This document shows, one piece after another, positions 39,758 through 50,141 of a stretch of DNA of 63,811 bases (position 1 is the stretch's first letter; each line of letters starts with the position of its first letter). The notes below the pieces were generated by a model. It searched no databases, was not told the DNA's origin, and was given only the letters and a program-made list of their open reading frames with translations. A program made the translations under genes and the position numbers. Source of the stretch: a virus. Its lineage: Duplodnaviria > Caudoviricetes. The stretch is from positions 1-63,811 of the IMG/VR virus record IMGVR_UViG_3300045135_000802; one strand, 5' to 3'.

Positions 39758-39781
39758 TCCATTAGGAAAGGAGCTAGTTAA

Positions 39782-42088
39782 ATGGCATCTATAATTAAAA
39801 TAAAACGCAGTTCGACGCAAGGATCCGTCCCTAGTGGTCTTCAAGTCGGCGAACTGGCGGTCAACTTATTCGACCGCAAACTCTATGTAGGTAACAGCAC
39901 TGGCGTTACAGCTGTTGGCGGTGAAGACTTCCGTCTTACTACACAGGACAGCGATACAGGTGCTTATATTAAGCTCCTTGGCGAATCTGTCCTATCAACT
40001 AACAACATCCTACTTCGCTCTGGTACTGGTATCGCAGTAACAAGAGAAGGTAACGGTTCAATCTCGATCGCTGCGACTGGTGAATCAACGGCTACTGCTG
40101 CTGATGCTCTATCTACACCACGTCGAATTTCACTTGGCGGTGATGTTAGTGGTTGGGCTGACTTTGACGGTTCTGCTAACGTAACAATTACTGCTACTGT
40201 AGCTGACGACTCTCACGCTCACATTATTGCTAACGTTGACGGTCTACAAGCAGCTCTTGATGCTAAGGCAACTGAAGCTGATTCCCTAGCTAGACTTGCG
40301 AATACTAACAGCTACATCGCAACGAAACTAAACTCATCTACTGCTGCTTCTACTTATCAGACAATCGCTAATGAGCGTGCGGCACTAGCTAACACTAATG
40401 CTTACATTGCTACAGTTGATGCTAAAGTAGATTCAAACCTAGCGAACACTAACAGCTACATCGCAACTAAGATCAGCACGACTGACGCACAGAACGCTTT
40501 TGTAAACGTTTCTGGCGATACAATGACTGGTGCTCTTACTCTACACGACGATCCGTCACAGGCTCTACACGCTGCGACTAAACGTTACGTAGACGAACTT
40601 GCTCAAGGTATCTCTGCTAAACCTGCGGTTGTAGCGGCTACTACAGCTGACCTTTCTGGTACTTACGACAACGGTACAGCAGGCGTTGGCGCTACGTTAG
40701 ATCTTGGCGCTTCAGCTACTCTTACAATTGACGGTATCTCTAGCTGGTCTCAGTTCGATGGCGTCCTTGTTAAGAACCAGACCAACCCTGAAGAAAACGG
40801 TCGTTACTACGTTTCTCAGGTAGGTGATGCTGGTACAGCTTGGATCCTAACACGTTGTGGATTATGTGACGAAGCTTCAGAGATCCCTTCAGGTTACGTA
40901 TTCGTTCAGGAAGGTACAACTTACGCTGGAACAGGCTGGGTTGCTAACGTAGATAACCTTGGTACGTTCACTGTTGGTACTGATGACATCAACTGGATTC
41001 AGTTCTCTGGTGCTGGTACATACCTTGCTGGTCGTGACCTTGAGATTGACGGTACAACCTTCAATCTTGCTCAGACTATCACAGCAAACACTAGCGGTAA
41101 CGCTGCGACAGCAACTAAACTTGCTACAGCACGTACAATTACTCTTGGCGGCGACCTATCTGGTTCAGCTGGCTTTGATGGTTCTACTAACATTACCATT
41201 ACAGCGACTGTTGCTGACGATAGCCACAACCACGTTATCTCTAACGTTGATGGTCTACAAGACGCTCTTAACGCTAAGACTGATGAAGTTGACGCTCTAG
41301 CCCGTCTTGCTAACACTAACAGCTACATTGCTACTAAGCTTAACACTTCTACAGCGGCATCTACATACCAGACTATCGCTAACGAACAAGCTAACCTAGC
41401 AAATACAAATGCGTACATTGCATCTGTAGCGGCAACTGAGCTATCTCACCTTGCCAATACTAATGCTCGAATCGCTGCTGCTGAAACCAATATTGGTCAG
41501 AAACTAGGTGCTACTGCTACAGTAACATTGACTGGCGATATCACTGGTACAGCTTCGTTCTCAGGTAACACAGTATCTATCGCTACTACTTACAACAATG
41601 ATGTTGTACTTGGTACTGATACTTCTGGTAACTACGTTGCTGCTATCTCTGGTACAGCTAACGAAATCGAAGTTACTGGTTCAGGTTCTGAGACTGCTAC
41701 TGTTACAATCGGCTTGCCGAATGATGTAACTATCGGCAACGACCTAACAGTTACCAATGACCTACGTGTAAATGGCGATACAGTAATCGACGGAAACCTA
41801 ACAGTTGAAGGTGCTCTAACGTACATCTCAACTTCTACGGTATACGCCGATGACGGTATGTTCAAGCTCGCTGCGAACAACTCTGGCGATGCTGTTGATA
41901 CTGGTATCTACGCTAAGTACACTGATGGCGGAACAGCTAAGTATGCTGGTTACTTCCGTGATGCTACTGATGGCGTATTCAAGATCTACACAGGTGTTGA
42001 AGCAGAGCCAACTACTACAGTAGACACTACGGCTACTGGCTACACCCTTGGTCAGCTAGATGCTGTAATCGATGGTGGTACTTACTAA
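39782..42088 (+). CDS. Tail fibre protein with Mtd-N-like anchor
   Basis: IKIKRSS...LQVGELAVNLFDRKLYVG; twice-repeated R.I.LGGD.SG...FDGS.N.TI...DDSH.H; HAATKRYVD; LVKNQTNPEENGRY; ends IDGGTY. Confidence 0.85.
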   Translation: MASIIKIKRSSTQGSVPSGLQVGELAVNLFDRKLYVGNSTGVTAVGGEDFRLTTQDSDTGAYIKLLGESVLSTNNILLRSGTGIAVTREGNGSISIAATGESTATAADALSTPRRISLGGDVSGWADFDGSANVTITATVADDSHAHIIANVDGLQAALDAKATEADSLARLANTNSYIATKLNSSTAASTYQTIANERAALANTNAYIATVDAKVDSNLANTNSYIATKISTTDAQNAFVNVSGDTMTGALTLHDDPSQALHAATKRYVDELAQGISAKPAVVAATTADLSGTYDNGTAGVGATLDLGASATLTIDGISSWSQFDGVLVKNQTNPEENGRYYVSQVGDAGTAWILTRCGLCDEASEIPSGYVFVQEGTTYAGTGWVANVDNLGTFTVGTDDINWIQFSGAGTYLAGRDLEIDGTTFNLAQTITANTSGNAATATKLATARTITLGGDLSGSAGFDGSTNITITATVADDSHNHVISNVDGLQDALNAKTDEVDALARLANTNSYIATKLNTSTAASTYQTIANEQANLANTNAYIASVAATELSHLANTNARIAAAETNIGQKLGATATVTLTGDITGTASFSGNTVSIATTYNNDVVLGTDTSGNYVAAISGTANEIEVTGSGSETATVTIGLPNDVTIGNDLTVTNDLRVNGDTVIDGNLTVEGALTYISTSTVYADDGMFKLAANNSGDAVDTGIYAKYTDGGTAKYAGYFRDATDGVFKIYTGVEAEPTTTVDTTATGYTLGQLDAVIDGGTY

Positions 42089-42102
42089 TAAAGTAAGACG
42101 AT

Positions 42103-42131
42103 AAAAGAGGAGGCTTATGCCTCCTTTTTTT
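42103..42131 (+). terminator. Rho-independent terminator (possibly bidirectional)
   Basis: AAAAGAGGAGGC-ttat-GCCTCCTTTTTTT after the fibre gene. Confidence 0.9.
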
Positions 42132-42152
42132 ATATTTGGAAGATAGAATTAA

Positions 42153-42160
42153 TATAAATA
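42153..42160 (+). promoter_or_regulatory. T4 late promoter
   Basis: Intergenic TATAAATA immediately after the terminator. Confidence 0.85.
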
Positions 42161-42245
42161 GATTTGAAAAAGAAGCGCATCTCTACATAGAGGCTTCTAA
42201 TATAATAACGATCTATATAGATCCTGAACAAAGAGAACCATACAT

Positions 42246-42953
42246 ATGGCATCGGTCGTTAAGATCAAGCGTTCATCCGTCTCAGGAAAACGCCCCACAA
42301 CATCAAATATAGAAACTGGCGAACTCGCCCTCAACCTCGCTGACGGAAGGCTCTTCTCCAGTAACGGAACGTCTGTATTTGAAGTCGGTGCTAATGTTCA
42401 TTCACTTCATGTAGGAACCGGAGGTGCTTCGTTTGGTAACGGTGCTTTCTCTATTCCTTCTTCTGATGGTTCTGCTGGTCAGGTTCTAACTACAGACGGC
42501 TCAGGTAACGTTACTTGGCAAGCTGTCGCTGCTGGAAGTCTAACAATCCAGCAAGCAAACTCTTCTGCTCCAACCGAAACCTACACCAATATAACAACCC
42601 TACAGTTTGACGAAGATAGCGGCTTTGACGTAACAAGCCCATCGTCAGGTGTTGCTAAGGTTGCGATGAACAGTACGTTCAAGTATTGGGAAGTAGACGG
42701 AGTACAACAACTTACTGCTGTTGGTCTAGATACTGTAAACTTTATTGCTGGTGATGGAATTACAATCACTGCTAACGGTTCAGCTAGTCCTCAGTCACTA
42801 ACGATTTCATCTACTGCTGCGGCTCCATCTAATAGTACTGGCTTCCCGTTCTTTAAGAGCGATGGTTCTCAAGACAATATACATAGTGATGGTGGAGCAT
42901 TCCCGTTCTTTTTGAGTAACGGGACGCAAGATAACATAGCAATTTCATTCTAA
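42246..42953 (+). CDS. Short fibre/adaptor protein with Mtd-N-like anchor
   Basis: VKIKRSS...IETGELALNLADGRLF, DGSAGQVLTTDGSGNVTW, doubled FPFF.S.G.QDNI tail. Confidence 0.8.
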   Translation: MASVVKIKRSSVSGKRPTTSNIETGELALNLADGRLFSSNGTSVFEVGANVHSLHVGTGGASFGNGAFSIPSSDGSAGQVLTTDGSGNVTWQAVAAGSLTIQQANSSAPTETYTNITTLQFDEDSGFDVTSPSSGVAKVAMNSTFKYWEVDGVQQLTAVGLDTVNFIAGDGITITANGSASPQSLTISSTAAAPSNSTGFPFFKSDGSQDNIHSDGGAFPFFLSNGTQDNIAISF

Positions 42954-42963
42954 GGGATAAGGC

Positions 42964-45900
42964 ATGCCAGCTAATACAATTGTAATACCTATTAAGGCGA
43001 TATACACTAATGGAGATGTTACTGCTCTAGGCGAACTTAATCCTGGTGATAAGCTATCTTCAGACTTTATTAACCTCTCGAGCTACGTAGCAAACAGCGA
43101 GTTTCAGGCATTCATTGCTAACACTAACGCTTATATTGCTGACGTTGCGGTAAATGCGGGTGAGGTTTCTAACGCTTATCTTACGTCTACCTTTACAACC
43201 AATACAGATTTCCAAGCAGCTCTAGCGAATACAAACGCATATATTGCTTATGTTGCGGCTAATGCTGGCGAAGTATCTAATGCTTATCTGACTTCTACGT
43301 TTACAACTAACACGGCTTTCCAATCAGCTGTTACTAGTCTAAACCTATCTGTAGATGATCGTATGCAGGTGGCTAACGTTACAGCTGCTATCTCTACTGC
43401 TATCTCAGGTCTTGTAGACTCAGCGCCAGCTACGTTAGATACACTAAATGAACTTGCTGCGGCTCTTAACGACGACGCTAACTTTGCGTCAACTGTAACG
43501 ACTAGCCTAGCAGGAAAAGCATCTAACAGCTTTGTAACATCTACTTACACTACAAATACAGACTTCCAATCAGCATTGGCTAACACGAATGCTTGGATTG
43601 CTACTGTTGCTGCTACACCTAGCGGCTTGAGTAATAGTGAAGTTAATACTCTAATTGACGGTAAACTTCAAGTCCTAGAACTAGGTGATGTTGTAGGCAC
43701 TGACGGTAATCCTGGTCAAATCATCTTCTCTAACGGTGATGGTACTGGATACTGGGCTAACAACAACCCAGCTGTTGACCTAAGTGGCTATGTTGAAACA
43801 ACTACATTCAACTCGGCTCTTGCTAATACTAACAGCTATATTGGAACCAAGCTAGACTCTTCTTCATATACAACCGCTGACGTTCAGTCTAAGGCAGCTC
43901 TAGCTAATACAAACGCATACATCGCCACTAAGACTGATGATGCTACGGTACTTGCTACAAATACAGCGTTGAGAGTATTAATCGACGACCGCATGCAGGT
44001 TGCGAATGTAACTTCGGCTATCTCTACTGCTATTAGCAATTTGGTTGATACAGCGCCAGCTACATTAGATACACTAAACGAACTTGCCGCTGCGTTGGGC
44101 GATGATGCTAACTTTGCGTCAACCGTAACAACTAGTCTAGCAGGAAAAGCTTCTAACGCTGCCTTCCAGTCAGCTCTAGCGAATACCAATGCTTACATAG
44201 CGACTAAGGCTGACTCTACAACGGTTGCGTCAAACCTAGCAAATACCAATGCTTACATAGCGACTAAACTAGACTCGTCTACATATACAACTGCGGATGT
44301 TCAGTCTAAAGCAGCTCTAGCAAACACGAATGCTTACATTGCTACTAAGGCAGATAGCTCTACCGTTGAAAGCTACCTAGCAAATACAAACGCATACATC
44401 GCTTATGTTGCCGCTAATGCTGGCGAAGTTTCTAATGCTTATCTTACTTCTACGTTTACAACTAACACGGCTTTCCAGTCAGCTCTAGCGAATACAAATG
44501 CTTGGATTGCTACCGTTGCGGCTACGCCTTCAGGACTAAGTAACACAGAAGTTAATACGTTGATCGACGGAAAGCTTCAGGTTCTTGAGCTTGGCGACAT
44601 CGTAGGTACTGACGGCAATCCTGGACAGATCATTATATCAAACGGTGACGGCACTGGCTACTGGTCTAACAATACGCCAGCTGTTGATCTGAGCGGTTAC
44701 GTTGAAACAACTACATTCAATTCAGCTCTAGCGAACACTAACGCATATGTTGCAACTAAGGCTGACTCTACAACTGTAGCTTCTAACCTAGCAAATACTA
44801 ACGCTTACATTGCGACAAAGACTGATGATACGGTAGCACTAGCAACGAACACAGCTCTAAGGATCCTTGTAGACGACCGTATGCAGGTTGCTAACGTCAC
44901 TTCAGCTATCTCTACTGCTATTGCTAATCTAGTTGATACAGCACCTAGTACGTTAGACACGTTGAACGAACTAGCGGCAGCTCTAGGAGATGATGCTAAC
45001 TTCGCTTCTACAGTTACAACTAGCCTAGCAGGAAAAGCTTCTAACGCCGACTTCCAATCAGCGCTAGCGAATACAAATGCTTGGATTGCTACTGTTGCGG
45101 CTACACCTTCAGGTCTAAGTAATACCGAAGTCAACACTCTAATTGATGGTAAACTACAAGTACTTGAACTAGGGGATATCGTAGGATCTGATGGTAATCC
45201 TGGACAGATCATTATCTCTAACGGTGACGGCACTGGATACTGGGCTAACAACTCTAGTGGTGGCGGCACAGTCGATCTATCAGCAGTTGCTCAAAGTATC
45301 GTTCCTTCAGCTAACGTTACATACGATCTAGGTTCTTCGACTAACGCTTGGAGAGATCTATACCTATCAGGCAACACTGTATACCTAGCAGGTCAGGCGG
45401 CAATTACCGTAGACGGAACTGGATCTATAGTTCTTCCAGCTTCTACTAAGATTGGAACAGATACGCTTGGAGCATCTTACGCTTCTAATGCTGCGCTACA
45501 ATCAGCTATCGCTAACACTAACGCATACATCGCAACTAAGACTGATGATACGGTAGCACTAGCAACTAATACAGCGTTGAGACTACTAGTTGATGATCGT
45601 ATGCAGGTTGCGAATGTAACATCGGCTATCTCTACTGCTATTGCTAATCTAGTTGATACAGCGCCAGCGACTCTTGATACGTTAAATGAACTAGCGGCAG
45701 CTCTAGGAGATGATGCTAACTTCGCTTCTACGGTTACAACTAGCCTTGCGGGTAAAGTATCAAACACTGACTTCCAGTCAGCTCTAGCGAATACGAATGC
45801 TTATATCGCTTCTGCTACAGCGGCTTCGGGCAATGCTTCTATCACGGTAGCGAATAGCACACCTGTTTCTCCAGTAGAAGGTAACTTGTGGTTCGACAAC

Positions 45901-46194
45901 GATACTCTTAAGACCTACATATATGTATCATCCAACTGGGTACAGACTAACCCAACGCCAGATTCAACAGCTGGTATGGTTGAATATGAATACACCTCGG
46001 CAAATAACCAGACAACATACTCTGGAGTAGATAACTACAGCTCAACGTTGTCATATACACCAGGAAATATTCTAGTATTCATGAACGGTATTAAACTAGC
46101 AAGAGCCGACTACGTAGCAAACACAGGAACATCAGTTGTGTTGAGCAGCGCTGCGGCTGAAGATGATATTGTAGAAATAGTATCTTACAAGTAA
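42964..46194 (+). CDS. LANTN-repeat fibre protein
   Basis: 1076 aa; LANTN repeats, four AP.TLDTLNELAAAL motifs, three DGNPGQII.SNGDGTGYW units, EGNLWFD, C-terminal VFMNGIKL...DY domain. Confidence 0.8.
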   Translation: MPANTIVIPIKAIYTNGDVTALGELNPGDKLSSDFINLSSYVANSEFQAFIANTNAYIADVAVNAGEVSNAYLTSTFTTNTDFQAALANTNAYIAYVAANAGEVSNAYLTSTFTTNTAFQSAVTSLNLSVDDRMQVANVTAAISTAISGLVDSAPATLDTLNELAAALNDDANFASTVTTSLAGKASNSFVTSTYTTNTDFQSALANTNAWIATVAATPSGLSNSEVNTLIDGKLQVLELGDVVGTDGNPGQIIFSNGDGTGYWANNNPAVDLSGYVETTTFNSALANTNSYIGTKLDSSSYTTADVQSKAALANTNAYIATKTDDATVLATNTALRVLIDDRMQVANVTSAISTAISNLVDTAPATLDTLNELAAALGDDANFASTVTTSLAGKASNAAFQSALANTNAYIATKADSTTVASNLANTNAYIATKLDSSTYTTADVQSKAALANTNAYIATKADSSTVESYLANTNAYIAYVAANAGEVSNAYLTSTFTTNTAFQSALANTNAWIATVAATPSGLSNTEVNTLIDGKLQVLELGDIVGTDGNPGQIIISNGDGTGYWSNNTPAVDLSGYVETTTFNSALANTNAYVATKADSTTVASNLANTNAYIATKTDDTVALATNTALRILVDDRMQVANVTSAISTAIANLVDTAPSTLDTLNELAAALGDDANFASTVTTSLAGKASNADFQSALANTNAWIATVAATPSGLSNTEVNTLIDGKLQVLELGDIVGSDGNPGQIIISNGDGTGYWANNSSGGGTVDLSAVAQSIVPSANVTYDLGSSTNAWRDLYLSGNTVYLAGQAAITVDGTGSIVLPASTKIGTDTLGASYASNAALQSAIANTNAYIATKTDDTVALATNTALRLLVDDRMQVANVTSAISTAIANLVDTAPATLDTLNELAAALGDDANFASTVTTSLAGKVSNTDFQSALANTNAYIASATAASGNASITVANSTPVSPVEGNLWFDNDTLKTYIYVSSNWVQTNPTPDSTAGMVEYEYTSANNQTTYSGVDNYSSTLSYTPGNILVFMNGIKLARADYVANTGTSVVLSSAAAEDDIVEIVSYK

Positions 46195-46206
46195 TAGGAA
46201 CAAATT

Positions 46207-47649
46207 ATGGCAGTTATATTTCCTAGCAGTCCTGTAGATGGACAAACGTATACAGTAGGAGTTACGGTATATCGTTATTCATCTAGCAAAGGAGTTTGGA
46301 ACGCTCAAACAGTTTCAGCTAACTCTATCTATCTTCCAGGAGCTCTAGAAGGGTATGTGTACACTTCGTCTAACGGGCAGACGACTTTTAGTGGCGCTGA
46401 TAACTTTGGTAAGACTCTTTCTTACAATACCTCGGATAAGGTTCAAGTATATCTTAACGGTGTTAAGCTGATCGGTAATACCGACTATACAGCTACAAGC
46501 GGCTCTACGGTTGTTATGAGCGATGGGGTAGCAGCAAACGATGCTATTGATATTGTTACTATTCAGGCTGCTTCTTCAGGTTCTTCTAGCGGTGGTGGAT
46601 TATTGTGGGACGGGGTTACTAACTTCTATTCTAATACGACTCCAGCAGTAGATACCGATCCAACAGCTAACGGTGCGTTGTGGGTAGACTATACAACTGG
46701 TGCTATCTATATCTGTACAAACAATACGTCAGGAAACAATGTCTGGACAGTGACTAGTTCATTAGCAACTACGGTTGAACCGACGCCTCCTTGGTCGTTC
46801 CAAGGAAGCAATTATGGATATGTTTCTGGCGGTTATAGCGGAGGGTTTCTTACTAGCATCGACAAGTTTCCGTTCTCAACTGACGCTAACGCAACTGATG
46901 TTGGTGATATGACGGTTGCTAGATATTTCGCAGCAGGTCAATCATCAGCAGACTACGGATACACTTCTAGCGGCAATGCTTCCCCATTAACAAACGTCAT
47001 CGACAAGTTCCCATTTGCTAATGATGGTACCGGATCTGTTATCGGATACTTAACTGTTAGTAGACAGTACATAGCTGGTCAATCCTCTTCAGAATACGGT
47101 TACACTTCTGGCGGTTATCTTCCAGGATCCACAAACATCATCGATAAGTTTCCATTCTCAACTGACGCTAATGCTACAGATGTAGGTGATCTAACGGTTG
47201 CTAGATTTGGTCCAGCAGGACAATCATCTCCAGATTATGGATACTCTTCTGGCGGACATAACTCAAACGTCATCGACAAGTTCCCGTTCGCAACAGACGC
47301 TAATGCTACTGATGTAGGTGATCTAACGGTTGCTAGACGTTATTCAGCAGGACAATCATCTGAAACTTATGGATACGCTTCTGGTGGTACTGGTCCTGGC
47401 GGAGCTTTGTCTAACGTAATCGATAAGTTCCCATTTGCTACCGACGCTAACGCAACTGATGTAGGCGATCTAACGGTTGCTAGATCTTCTGCGGCAGGAC
47501 AATCGTCTACCGACTATGGTTACTCTTCTGGCAGTGATGGTGCGACGGCAAACATCATCGACAAGTTCCCATTCTCGTCTGATGCTAATGCTTCTGATGT
47601 TGGTGATCTAACGGTTGGTAGATATGCTGCAGCAGGGCAACAATACTAA
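46207..47649 (+). CDS. Kelch-like six-repeat propeller protein 1 (long fibre-type N-terminus)
   Basis: FPSSPVDGQ, VYLNGVKL domain, then six YGY.SGG...IDKFPF..DANATDVGDLTVAR...AGQSS repeats, ends QQY. Confidence 0.8.
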   Translation: MAVIFPSSPVDGQTYTVGVTVYRYSSSKGVWNAQTVSANSIYLPGALEGYVYTSSNGQTTFSGADNFGKTLSYNTSDKVQVYLNGVKLIGNTDYTATSGSTVVMSDGVAANDAIDIVTIQAASSGSSSGGGLLWDGVTNFYSNTTPAVDTDPTANGALWVDYTTGAIYICTNNTSGNNVWTVTSSLATTVEPTPPWSFQGSNYGYVSGGYSGGFLTSIDKFPFSTDANATDVGDMTVARYFAAGQSSADYGYTSSGNASPLTNVIDKFPFANDGTGSVIGYLTVSRQYIAGQSSSEYGYTSGGYLPGSTNIIDKFPFSTDANATDVGDLTVARFGPAGQSSPDYGYSSGGHNSNVIDKFPFATDANATDVGDLTVARRYSAGQSSETYGYASGGTGPGGALSNVIDKFPFATDANATDVGDLTVARSSAAGQSSTDYGYSSGSDGATANIIDKFPFSSDANASDVGDLTVGRYAAAGQQY

Positions 47650-47664
47650 TAAAAGGTTAAACAA

Positions 47665-48897
47665 ATGTCATACAGAAAAAGTAAAAATAGATTGATGAGT
47701 GACCTTTTTGGTAAGGCTGAACTCTTCTCATTCAGTAATACTTCAGCAACAGGAGTATCGTTCGACTCATCGATTGCTGGAGTAGCAACGTCTATCGATT
47801 CTGTTAGTAATAGCGTGTTTCAATCGTTTGTCTCAAATACCAACTTACAGATAGCTGGAATAAGTGGCGGGTTGGTATGGGATGGAGTTACTAACTTCTA
47901 TTCTAATACGACTCCGAGCGTTTCGGCGAACCCTACATCGAATGGCGGTTTGTGGGTAGACTACACAACTGGCGCTATCTATGTTTGTAGGGATAATAAG
48001 ACCGGAAATAACGTCTGGACAGCAACTATAGGCACAGCTAATACAGTTGCTCCAACTCAGCCAGTTCCACTATTTCCTGGCGAGAACTATGGATACGCTT
48101 CTGGCGGGCAGGGCTATGGCACTATCACTAATATAAATAAGTTTCCTTTTGCGTCAGACGCTAATGCTGTAAATATCGGGAACCTAACGAACAATATTAC
48201 GCCACGTAGGGGAACTGGAGCATCATCTGAAACTGAAGGGTTCCACGTAGGGAAATACCCTATTGTGGATAAATGGTCGTTTGCTTCTGACGGGAATGCT
48301 ACAAACGTAGGATCTTTTGGTATATATAGAGCGGCTGGACAATCTTCCATAGGGCAAGGTTACGGATACATGTCTGGGGGAGAACCCAATACGTCTAATG
48401 TTTCAAAATTTTCTTTTTCAACATATGCGAAGACAGCTGGAATCGCAACTCTTACTTCAGCAAGAGGGCAAGTTTGTGGACAATCAAGCAACTTTTATGG
48501 ATATACTTCTGGTGGCGGGAGCACGATAGATAAATTTCCATTCGTTAGCGAAGGAACTGCTTCGCTTGTAGGAAATCTATACACTTCTGCATACGAAGGC
48601 GGACCAAATTCATCTGCGACACACGGGTATGTAGCGGGTACAACACCGAAATCTACAACAATACATAAGTTCCCATTTGCTTCTGATAATAACGGGTCGT
48701 TTGTAGGAAACCTCACGGTTTCTAGGGGTTATAGCTTGGCTGGTGCATCGTCGACCGATTATGGGTATATATGTGGCGGATACCTCCCAACATACCACAA
48801 TGAAATTGATAAATTTTCGTTTGCCTCAGATGCCGACGCTACTGATGTCGGTAATCTAACGACTGCAGGTTACGGAATGGTAGGAAATCAATACTAA
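47665..48897 (+). CDS. Kelch-like propeller protein 2 (divergent)
   Basis: MSYRKSK.RL leader, WDGVTNFYSNTTP domain shared with 46207 gene, six degenerate repeats, ends NQY. Confidence 0.8.
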   Translation: MSYRKSKNRLMSDLFGKAELFSFSNTSATGVSFDSSIAGVATSIDSVSNSVFQSFVSNTNLQIAGISGGLVWDGVTNFYSNTTPSVSANPTSNGGLWVDYTTGAIYVCRDNKTGNNVWTATIGTANTVAPTQPVPLFPGENYGYASGGQGYGTITNINKFPFASDANAVNIGNLTNNITPRRGTGASSETEGFHVGKYPIVDKWSFASDGNATNVGSFGIYRAAGQSSIGQGYGYMSGGEPNTSNVSKFSFSTYAKTAGIATLTSARGQVCGQSSNFYGYTSGGGSTIDKFPFVSEGTASLVGNLYTSAYEGGPNSSATHGYVAGTTPKSTTIHKFPFASDNNGSFVGNLTVSRGYSLAGASSTDYGYICGGYLPTYHNEIDKFSFASDADATDVGNLTTAGYGMVGNQY

Positions 48898-48912
48898 TAA
48901 AAGGTCAAACAA

Positions 48913-50130
48913 ATGTCATACAGAAAAAGTAAAGCGAGGCTATTGGGCGACCTTTTTGGTAAGGCGTCAATCTTTACATACAACTCAGCTTCAGCTCAAG
49001 AGATTACGATCGACTCAGAGAAAGCTGCTGTCGCTTCATCAAACGTTACGTCAACTACATTAGACTCTATATCTGAAGATATACTACCTTCAGCGAACAA
49101 TACGCATAGCCTTGGTAGTGTGGGTATGGTATGGAGAGATATGTATCTTGGTCCAGGATCTCTATACGTAAACGGAAAGAAAGTACTATCGGATGAGTCT
49201 GATACAATTACCCTAGCGACCGATACGAATCAAAGCCTAGCACTAACTACAACAGGTACAGGCGAAACTAATATAAACTCTAACTCTGGCATCAATATTA
49301 TTGCTACTGGGGCGGGTGACGTTACTTTACAAACGACTAGTGGTAATATTGAAGCTAGAGGAACGCTTCAGCTTCTTTCTGGTAAACGTATTACTGACAG
49401 CGCTGGAACAAAAGTTCAGTTCGGCGATTCTATCGAAATGAACGGAAATAAGATTATTGGGCTAGGAACTCCAACAGCAGATACTGATGCGGCAACTAAA
49501 GCTTATGTAGACGCTAACGGTGGCGGTGGCGGTTCAGTTGACCTATCTAATACCAACCTAGCGATCGACGACCGTATGCAGGTTGCTAACGTTGCTTCTG
49601 CGATTTCAACAGCCATTGCTAACCTAGTTGACACAGCTCCTTCTACACTAGACACGCTGAATGAACTCGCAGCTGCCTTAGGCGATGATGCTAACTTCTC
49701 GACAACTGTAGCAAACACTATAGCTACAAAATTAGATATAACTACTTTCCAAGCTGCGTTAGCAAATACGAATGCGTATATCGCTGCGTCTGCTAGTTCT
49801 GGTTCAGGAAGCTCGAGCTATGTAACGCTAACTCAGGAAGGAACACTCGAAACGCTTACAGGAACTGCTAGATGGTATGCTCCAAAATCAATTACTATAA
49901 GTAATATAACAGCAAGAGTAGATACAGCTTCTGCGGGAAGTTCCGTGAACTTAACAGTTCTTAAGAATGGAACGTCTGTAGCAACGATGAGTATATCAGC
50001 TGGCGGAGTGAAAGCTACAAATACAACTGGATTTTCGATGGTCGCCGATGACTATCTAACAATTAATGTTACTCAAGTTGGATCGTCTACCGCTGGTGAC
50101 ACGCTTAAAGTAACGTTCGAATATTCTTAA
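48913..50130 (+). CDS. Fibre-type structural protein
   Basis: MSYRKSKARL leader as in 47665, LPSANNTHSLGS...WRDMY, PTADTDAATKAYVD, APSTLDTLNELAAAL, beta-sandwich C-terminus. Confidence 0.8.
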   Translation: MSYRKSKARLLGDLFGKASIFTYNSASAQEITIDSEKAAVASSNVTSTTLDSISEDILPSANNTHSLGSVGMVWRDMYLGPGSLYVNGKKVLSDESDTITLATDTNQSLALTTTGTGETNINSNSGINIIATGAGDVTLQTTSGNIEARGTLQLLSGKRITDSAGTKVQFGDSIEMNGNKIIGLGTPTADTDAATKAYVDANGGGGGSVDLSNTNLAIDDRMQVANVASAISTAIANLVDTAPSTLDTLNELAAALGDDANFSTTVANTIATKLDITTFQAALANTNAYIAASASSGSGSSSYVTLTQEGTLETLTGTARWYAPKSITISNITARVDTASAGSSVNLTVLKNGTSVATMSISAGGVKATNTTGFSMVADDYLTINVTQVGSSTAGDTLKVTFEYS

Positions 50131-50141
50131 GAGAGGAAGCC

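Noticed and set aside
21317-48139. Intragenic TATAAATA matches (21317, 36555, 39415, 48132)
   Set aside because: Inside coding sequence and 200+ nt from the next start; may be real internal late promoters but cannot be told from chance in AT-rich DNA.
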